Shown here: piece after piece, positions 31,050 to 37,288 of the stretch
How the letters are laid out: every line of letters starts with the position of its first letter
How positions within the stretch are numbered: the stretch's first letter is position 1
NCBI GenBank assembly: GCA_017849395.1
Contig: JAFIHO010000192.1
Span: 1 to 37,288, forward strand
DNA: 37,288 bases
From: Hyphomicrobiales bacterium
GTDB taxonomy: Bacteria; Pseudomonadota; Alphaproteobacteria; Micropepsales; Micropepsaceae
Direction: 5' to 3'
Translations under genes and position numbers: made by a program
Notes under the pieces: model-generated
Told to the model about the DNA's origin: nothing
The model's input: only the letters and a program-made list of their open reading frames with translations
Databases searched by the model: none

Positions 31050-31907
31050 ATGCGGATCAATCCGAAAAAGTGCGTCGCCTGTGGCAATTGCACTTATGTG
31101 TGCCCGATGGGCGCGATCTATATCGACCCGCTGCTCCAGCGCGCCACCATCAACCGCGACGAGTGCGTGGAGTGCTACTCCTGCTACAACGGCCTCAGCA
31201 AAGAGGTTCTGCCTCCCGCCACGGTGCGCTTCGTGCGCCGGACCCTGGCCAATTTCCGCGTCCGCTTCGAGCCCGAGCCGGACGTGTGCCCCACCACCGC
31301 CTTCGAGCCGGACGAACTGACCTGGCCGCGTGTCGTGCGCCGCGCTTTCTCCGACCCGCGCGTGCCGCATGAATCGACCGGCGTGTCCGGCCGTGGCACC
31401 GAAGAAGTTAAAACCAATGACGTCACGGGCCGCGTTGGCATCGGCGAAGTCGGCTTCACCATCGAACTGGGCCGTCCCGGTATCGGTGCGCGTTTCCGCG
31501 ACTTCCAGGAAATGTCCCGCGCTCTCGCGGCGGCCGGCGTGTCGTTCGAAAAGAACAACCCCATCAGCACCCTGATGACCGACACCACCACCGGCGATAT
31601 CCGCAGCGATATCCTGAACGAAAAGGTGATGAGCGCGATCATCGAGATCAAGGTGCCGGTTTCCCGCACTGAGGAAATCATCCGCATCATCTGGGAAGTC
31701 GAAAAGCGCATCCCTACCCAGGTCGTGATCGGCGTCGGTGTGCGCTGCGACGAGGAAGGCGAGGAGACCGTCGTCGCCCCGATCCTCGAAAAGCTCGGCT
31801 ACAACCTCCGCCGCGCCAAGACGAATATCGGCCTTGGCCGCAAGGAAATCCGCGACCTCACCAAATCCGCTCCCCAGACCGAAAAGAAAGAACTGGTGCA
31901 CGCATGA
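31050..31907 (+). CDS. 2x[4Fe-4S] ferredoxin domain fused to a large uncharacterised C-terminal domain
   Basis: CVACGNCTYVCP and a split CVECYSC-X34-CP, followed by about 200 aa with GRGTEEVKTNDVTGR and ELGRPG motifs. Host-like codon usage; GGAG RBS. Confidence 0.88.
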   Translation: MRINPKKCVACGNCTYVCPMGAIYIDPLLQRATINRDECVECYSCYNGLSKEVLPPATVRFVRRTLANFRVRFEPEPDVCPTTAFEPDELTWPRVVRRAFSDPRVPHESTGVSGRGTEEVKTNDVTGRVGIGEVGFTIELGRPGIGARFRDFQEMSRALAAAGVSFEKNNPISTLMTDTTTGDIRSDILNEKVMSAIIEIKVPVSRTEEIIRIIWEVEKRIPTQVVIGVGVRCDEEGEETVVAPILEKLGYNLRRAKTNIGLGRKEIRDLTKSAPQTEKKELVHA

Positions 31908-32590
31908 CCAACACGCTCCATCGCTACGGCACGGCCGAAAGCTTCGTCGACGACTACATCGTGTTTTCGCTTCCCGCCAAGAGCAAGGCGGCGGGCCAGA
32001 AGGGCGATGCGCTGGCGGCGCAGAAGCGCTTCATGGAACTGGCGGCGGAATACAAGCCCGTCTCGCTGGGCGACGCGCTGAAGGGCGGCGTGCTGCGTCC
32101 CACCAAGAGCACCAGCATTTTTGGCCATTGGGGCAAGCGCAACAAGCCGAGTTTCAAGGCGGTGCTGGATGGCATGACCAAGGCTGGCACCATGGCTGCG
32201 GTGTTCGACAATCGCGCCGCCGCCGAAGCCTTTGTCAAGCGCATCAAGGATGAAGATCTGGGCCTGTCGGTCAATATCTCCTCCTCCATCGAGAACGCGA
32301 AGAATTGCTGCAAGGCGGCAGGGATCCCGCGCCATTCCATCGCCTATTCCCTGGGCTTCGAGCAGGTGGGCGACAATGTCCCCTCCAAGCAGGCGGTGAT
32401 GTTGTCCACCATGTGCGGTCACGGCATGTTGTCGATCAATTTCGCCCAGAAGATGATCAGTTTCGTGCGCGAAAACCGCCGTAGCCCGGACGAGGCGGCC
32501 CACGCCATGTCGCGCTTCTGCTCCTGTGGCATCTTCAATACCACGCGTGCCCGCCGCATCCTGGAGGAGGCGCGTATCGGGGTGAAATGA
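31904..32590 (+). CDS. Uncharacterised Cys/His-motif protein, translationally coupled to the ferredoxin-domain gene
   Basis: ATGA overlap with the upstream stop. Motifs TNTLHRYG, NCC, HS, STMCGHGM, FCSCGIFN. Strong host codon bias. Confidence 0.85.
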   Translation: MTNTLHRYGTAESFVDDYIVFSLPAKSKAAGQKGDALAAQKRFMELAAEYKPVSLGDALKGGVLRPTKSTSIFGHWGKRNKPSFKAVLDGMTKAGTMAAVFDNRAAAEAFVKRIKDEDLGLSVNISSSIENAKNCCKAAGIPRHSIAYSLGFEQVGDNVPSKQAVMLSTMCGHGMLSINFAQKMISFVRENRRSPDEAAHAMSRFCSCGIFNTTRARRILEEARIGVK

Positions 32591-32610
32591 CCCGGTTACC
32601 ATCCACGAAC

Positions 32611-32648
32611 AAAAAAGCGCGCCGGTACCCCCGGCGCGCTTTTTCTTT
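32611..32648 (+). terminator. Rho-independent (likely bidirectional) terminator
   Basis: AAAAAAGCGCGCCGG-taccc-CCGGCGCGCTTTTTCTTT: GC-rich stem flanked by A and T tracts. Confidence 0.85.
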
Positions 32649-32664
32649 GTGCTAGAACCCAGCC

Positions 32665-35043
32665 ATGGATCAGGCGGAAACATTGCGGGAGCAGGGGTTT
32701 GCCCTGCACCAGGCCGGGCGGCTGGTGGAGGCTGAGCGGCTTTATCGTCAGAGCCTCGCGCAAGACGCGGAAGACCCCACCACCTGCTACATGCTGGGCG
32801 TGCTGTGCCTCCAGCAAGGCCGCGCCGCCGAAGCGCTGACCCTTCTAGGCAAGGCACTGGATGAGGAGCCAGATGATCCCGAACTGCTTGGCCATCACGG
32901 ACTGGCGCTGCACGAACTGAAGCGGTTCGATGAGGCGCTGAAGGATTTCGACAAGGCGCTCGGCCATGACTCTGGTTTTGCGCTGGGTCATTTCTATCGC
33001 GGTAATACGCTCCGGGCGATGGATCGGCACGAAGAGGCACTTGTTGCCTATGAGAAATTGAGGGCGTTGACCCCGGGCTTCGCGGGCGGTTGGTATGGCC
33101 GCGGCGTTTCCCTCGCCCAGCTTGGCCGAACGGCAGAGGCGCTGTCCGCCTGCGACCAGGCGGTCAAGCTTGAGCCGACGCATGGCCAGGCCTGGTATCA
33201 GCGCGGCGATCTGCTACAGAAGATGAAGAAGCTGCCGGAAGCCCTGGCGAGCTACGATCAGGCGGTGCGTCTGCTGCCGAATTTCGCCGGTGGCTGGACG
33301 AACCGCGCTTCGGTGCTACTCGGCCTGAAGCGCTGGCGCGACGCATTGGACAGCGCGGACCGTGCTCTCGTTCTGGGCGCCAATGCGGCAGCCTGGAGCA
33401 ACCGCAGTATGGCGCTGGCCCAGTTGAACGACCGGCGGGGGGCGCTGGAAAGCATCGAGCGGGCGCTGGCGCTAGAGCCGGACCTCGCCGATGCGCTCTG
33501 CAACCTTTCCAGCATCCTGTGCGGAAAGCGCGATTATGAGGGTGCACTGACCGCTGCCGACCGCGCCATCGCGATCCAGCCCCGCCATGCGGACGCATGG
33601 CACAATCGCGGCGCGGCGCTACAGGGGCTTCATCGCTATGGCGAGGGACTGGCCACTTACGAGAAGGCGCTGGAACTGAATCCGGCACATGCCGCCGCGC
33701 TGGTCGGCGCCGCGGGGCTGGCGAACCAGGTCTGCGATTTCGCGCGCCGTGCGCGCTATGCGCCAATGATCGACAAGATGGTGCGCGAGGACGGCATCGT
33801 TGCGCCCTTCACCTTCCTGGCCTATCCCGCTGACGACATGCTGCGCCGCCGCTGCGCTGAAAATTATCAGCGTCACAGCTTTCCAGAGCGCCCCCCGCCT
33901 CTGTGGACCGGCCAGCATTACCGGCATGACCGCATCCGCATCGCTTATCTGTCCGCAGATTTTCACCAGCATGCCACTGCCCATCTGATGGCGGGTCTGT
34001 TCGAACATCACGATCGCGCGCGGTTCGAAGTGAGTGCCTGGTCGTTCGGCCAGGACGAAGAATCCCCCATGCGGACGCGGCTGCGTAATGCTTTCGAGCA
34101 TTTCCATGAAGTACGCGACAAGTCCGATACAGAGGTAGCGCGCCTGCTGCGCGAGGCGGAGATCGACATTGCCATTGACCTCAAGGGGCCGACACGGGAA
34201 GCCCGCCTGGGCATCTTCGCAGCTCGGCCTACGCCGGTCCAGGCGCAGTACCTGGGATATCCCGGAACGGTGGGCGTGGATTTCATTGACTACATTATCG
34301 CGGATGCCATCGTAGCGCCCTTCGAGAGCCAGGCCGGCTTCACCGAAAAGATCGTGCATTTGCCCCACAGCTATCAGGTCAATGACGATAAGCGCCCCAT
34401 CGCGCCCAATCCGCCATCGCGCGCCCAGGCGGGGCTGGGCGACGGCTTTGTGTTCTGCGCCTTCAATGGCGCCTGGAAGATCACGCCGGAATTTTTTGCC
34501 ATCTGGATGCGGCTGCTGGCCGCTGTACCCGGTAGCCAGTTGTGGCTGATCCAGGACAATCCCAGCGCCACCGCGAATTTGCGCCGCGAAGCGGCGGCGC
34601 GGGATATCGATCCCTCCCGCCTGGTGTTCGCGCCGCACATGGGACATGACGAGCATCTGGCGCGCCATGCGCTGGCCGACCTGTTCCTCGACAATCTGCC
34701 ATGTAACGCGCACACCACTGCCAGCGATGCGCTGTGGGCTGGTCTTCCTGTAATCACCTGCCGTGGGGATAGTTTCTCCGGCCGCGTCGCGGCCAGCCTG
34801 CTGACAGCGATAGGGCTTCCCGAGCTCGTCACCGAGAATGCGGCGGATTACGAGGCGCTGGCATTGGAACTCGCGCGCAATCCGGAGCGGTTGCGGGCGA
34901 TCCGCACAACACTCGCCGCCAATCGCCGCACCGAACCCTTGTTCGACACGGGGCGTTTCACGCGTGCTATCGAAACTGTCTATGTCCGCATGACCGAAAT
35001 CGCGCAGGCGGGCGAACCGCCCCAAAGCTTCGCCGTGCAATGA
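32665..35043 (+). CDS. TPR-repeat O-GlcNAc transferase / SPINDLY-like glycosyltransferase (GT41), paralog 1
   Basis: About 10 TPRs, then RIRIAYLSADFHQHAT, IDIAIDLKG, YLGYPGT, FN..WKI, DLFLD..P.NAHTTASDALWAGLP, GRVAASLL, LFDT.RF. Confidence 0.9.
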   Translation: MDQAETLREQGFALHQAGRLVEAERLYRQSLAQDAEDPTTCYMLGVLCLQQGRAAEALTLLGKALDEEPDDPELLGHHGLALHELKRFDEALKDFDKALGHDSGFALGHFYRGNTLRAMDRHEEALVAYEKLRALTPGFAGGWYGRGVSLAQLGRTAEALSACDQAVKLEPTHGQAWYQRGDLLQKMKKLPEALASYDQAVRLLPNFAGGWTNRASVLLGLKRWRDALDSADRALVLGANAAAWSNRSMALAQLNDRRGALESIERALALEPDLADALCNLSSILCGKRDYEGALTAADRAIAIQPRHADAWHNRGAALQGLHRYGEGLATYEKALELNPAHAAALVGAAGLANQVCDFARRARYAPMIDKMVREDGIVAPFTFLAYPADDMLRRRCAENYQRHSFPERPPPLWTGQHYRHDRIRIAYLSADFHQHATAHLMAGLFEHHDRARFEVSAWSFGQDEESPMRTRLRNAFEHFHEVRDKSDTEVARLLREAEIDIAIDLKGPTREARLGIFAARPTPVQAQYLGYPGTVGVDFIDYIIADAIVAPFESQAGFTEKIVHLPHSYQVNDDKRPIAPNPPSRAQAGLGDGFVFCAFNGAWKITPEFFAIWMRLLAAVPGSQLWLIQDNPSATANLRREAAARDIDPSRLVFAPHMGHDEHLARHALADLFLDNLPCNAHTTASDALWAGLPVITCRGDSFSGRVAASLLTAIGLPELVTENAADYEALALELARNPERLRAIRTTLAANRRTEPLFDTGRFTRAIETVYVRMTEIAQAGEPPQSFAVQ

Positions 35044-37019
35044 CGGAGATCGATCGCCTGCGCAGCGAAGCGGCAGGGCTGCATCGCGCCGGGCAGCTTG
35101 ACGCGGCAGAGCGGCTCTATCAGCAGATACTATCCCTCGACACAGCCGATATATCCGCGCGCCACATGCTTGGCGTGCTGCGCCTTCAGCAGGCGCGCGC
35201 ATGGGAGGCGCTCGTATTGCTTACTGCCGCTGCCGCCGAGTCGCCCGGCGATGCCGACATCCGCACCCATCACGCGCTGGCGCTGCACGAACTGGGCCGT
35301 CATGCCGAGGCGTTGGCGGATTTCGACAGGGCGCTGTCACTAGCGCCTCGCCATCCGGCGACCCTGTTGTATAGGGGCAACCTGCTGCTGGCGATGAACC
35401 ACCCCGCCGAAGCTTTGCAGAATTACGACAAATTGACCGGCATCACACCGCACAACGCCGAAGCATGGTTCCGTCGCGGCCATGCCTTATGGCAGATGGA
35501 TCGCGCCGAAGACGCCGCCGCTAGTTATGGCCGCGCTGCGAGTCTCGATCCCAACCATTTCGGCGCCCAATTCAATCGCGCAACCGTTCTGATGCGACTG
35601 GGCCGTTTCGACGAGGCCTTCGCCGCCTATGAGAAAGCAGGTCAACTTTCGCCCACGCACCCCTATCTGCTTGGTAGCGCCGCGGGCGCGATACTCAGCA
35701 GCTGTGACTTCAGTCGCTGGAACGTTTTCCGCGATCGTCTGATCGATGCGGTGAACGCCCGCACTGCCGTTGTCGCGCCACTGACCATTTTGTCCTTCAC
35801 CGACGATCCTGCCATGCACCGCGCAGCCGCCGAGCACTTCGTCAACAGTCAAGTGCCCCCACCATCCGAGCCGCTCTGGACTGGAGGGCACTATTCGCAC
35901 GACCGCATTCGTATCGCCTATATTTCGTCCGATTTCCATCAGCACGCCACCGCCGATCTTATGGCGGGCCTGTTCGAAGCGCATGACCGTAACCGTTTCG
36001 AGATAACGGCCCTGTCATTTAGCCGCGACGACGCCAGCCCGATGCGTTCAAGGCTGCTGAAGGCATTCGACCGCTTCATCGACATCCGCGACTGCACCGA
36101 CGCCCAAGCCGCCGCGCTGCTGCGCGAGGCCGAAATCGACATCGCGGTCGATCTGAAGGGCCATACCGAGAATTCCCGCCCCGGCATTCTCAGCCATCGG
36201 CCCTGTCCAGTACAGGTTCAGTATCTCGGCTATCCCGGTACGATAGGCGCCCCCTGGCTGGATTATATCCTGGCCGATGCGACGGTATTGCCATTCGATC
36301 AGAAGTCCTTCTACAGCGAGCATGTCGTCCACTTGCCATATTGCTATCAGGTCAACGATTCCAAGCGTGCCATTGGCGTCGCGCCTTCCCGCGCGCGAAT
36401 GGGTCTGCCGGGCGATGGCTTTGTCTTCTGCTGCTTCAATGCCGCCTGGAAAATTGCGCCTGGTTTCTTCGAAATCTGGATGCGGCTGCTCAAGGCGGTC
36501 CCGGGCAGTGTGCTGTGGCTTCTGGATGACAATGATGCGGCTAACCGCAATCTGCGGGCCGCTGCTTGTGCGCGCGGCGTCGATCCAACCCGGCTTGTCT
36601 TCGCGCCGCGCATTTCTTCCCTTGATCATCTTGCGCGCCACGCCTGCGCCGACCTGTTCCTCGATACGTTACCCTATAACGCCCACACCACCGCCAGCGA
36701 CGCGCTATGGACGGGCCTGCCGATTGTAACCTGCATGGGCCGCGCCTTTCCCGGCCGGGTCGCGGCCAGCCTGCTGAAGGCCGTCGGCTTGCCCGAACTC
36801 GTGGCCCATTCGGTGGAAGAATACGAAACCCTTGCGCTTGCGCTCGCTCGTGATCCTGCGCGCCTCGCCGCGATGCGTGCCCGGCTGGCCGCGAACCGAA
36901 ACACAGTGCCGCTTTTCGACACTGGCCTGTTCTGCCGGCATATCGAAGCGGCATTTGAAACCATGCTGGAACGGTCGCGCCACGGCGAAGTCCCACGAAA
37001 TTACACGATTCCGGCGTGA
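35040..37019 (+). CDS. TPR-repeat O-GlcNAc transferase / SPINDLY-like glycosyltransferase (GT41), paralog 2
   Basis: About 6 TPRs, then the same GT41 motifs (SSDFHQHAT, DLKGHT, FNAAWKI, YNAHTTASDALW). ATGA overlap with paralog 1. Confidence 0.9.
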   Translation: MTEIDRLRSEAAGLHRAGQLDAAERLYQQILSLDTADISARHMLGVLRLQQARAWEALVLLTAAAAESPGDADIRTHHALALHELGRHAEALADFDRALSLAPRHPATLLYRGNLLLAMNHPAEALQNYDKLTGITPHNAEAWFRRGHALWQMDRAEDAAASYGRAASLDPNHFGAQFNRATVLMRLGRFDEAFAAYEKAGQLSPTHPYLLGSAAGAILSSCDFSRWNVFRDRLIDAVNARTAVVAPLTILSFTDDPAMHRAAAEHFVNSQVPPPSEPLWTGGHYSHDRIRIAYISSDFHQHATADLMAGLFEAHDRNRFEITALSFSRDDASPMRSRLLKAFDRFIDIRDCTDAQAAALLREAEIDIAVDLKGHTENSRPGILSHRPCPVQVQYLGYPGTIGAPWLDYILADATVLPFDQKSFYSEHVVHLPYCYQVNDSKRAIGVAPSRARMGLPGDGFVFCCFNAAWKIAPGFFEIWMRLLKAVPGSVLWLLDDNDAANRNLRAAACARGVDPTRLVFAPRISSLDHLARHACADLFLDTLPYNAHTTASDALWTGLPIVTCMGRAFPGRVAASLLKAVGLPELVAHSVEEYETLALALARDPARLAAMRARLAANRNTVPLFDTGLFCRHIEAAFETMLERSRHGEVPRNYTIPA

Positions 37020-37106
37020 CCTTTCATTGATCCAGCCCAAAAGCGCTTGACTTGGCGCGTGGCGCCACGAACTGTCGCGCACAAAGCAGAACAAAAGGTC
37101 ACGGGG

Positions 37107-37288
37107 ATGGAGCTGGAAAAGCGGGTTATCGGCAAGGTGTTTTGGCGCATCCTGCCGCTGCTTCTGGTGGCCTATCTCGCTTCCTATCTCAATCGCATCA
37201 ATATCAATTCCTCCACCGGGATGAGTCAGGAGCTGGGTCTGACCGCGACGAATTTCGGTCTGGGCTCCGGACTTTGGTTCGTCTGGTA
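37107..37288 (+). CDS. MFS transporter (ACS / tartrate-transporter-like), 3'-truncated by the window end
   Basis: Manual translation MELEKRVIGKVFWRILPLLLVAYLASYLNRININ...MSQELGLTATNFGLGSGLWFVW matches the ACS-family N-terminal pattern (K...R..P....Y...YLDR.N...LGL....FG.G.G.F). Confidence 0.75.
   Translation, partial: MELEKRVIGKVFWRILPLLLVAYLASYLNRININSSTGMSQELGLTATNFGLGSGLWFVW

Overview
High-GC alphaproteobacterial chromosomal segment (gene content, gene order and palindromic repeat type are Caulobacter/Rhizobiales-like; finer taxonomy cannot be established here). Bases 1-24775 are mostly housekeeping: glmU (5'-truncated), glmS, rpiA, gor, class II DAHP synthase, nadE, gltX, cysS, cimA, a LOG protein, an Atm1-like ABC transporter, a two-domain cold-shock protein, rhlE, yaiI and selO. 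Bases 24779-37288 look accessory: a catabolic cluster (gabD-like ALDH, Fe-ADH, Ldh_2 dehydrogenase, RraA/HMG aldolase, SDR) whose GntR regulator is broken by an apparent internal deletion, an uncharacterised two-gene Fe-S module, two tandem TPR-GT41 (O-GlcNAc transferase-like) genes, and the start of an MFS transporter. The most notable oddities are: (1) the uncharacterised Fe-S pair at 31050-32590; (2) a low-GC Nmad3-like gene coupled to the glmS stop codon at the attTn7 locus with no transposon ends; (3) a low-GC in-frame patch replacing much of the C-terminal part of cysS; (4) modular, covarying REP-like hairpin elements in nearly every intergenic space of nadE-gltX-cysS-cimA. No rRNA, tRNA, CRISPR array, transposase or integrase was seen. 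All family calls are by motif recognition without database searches.
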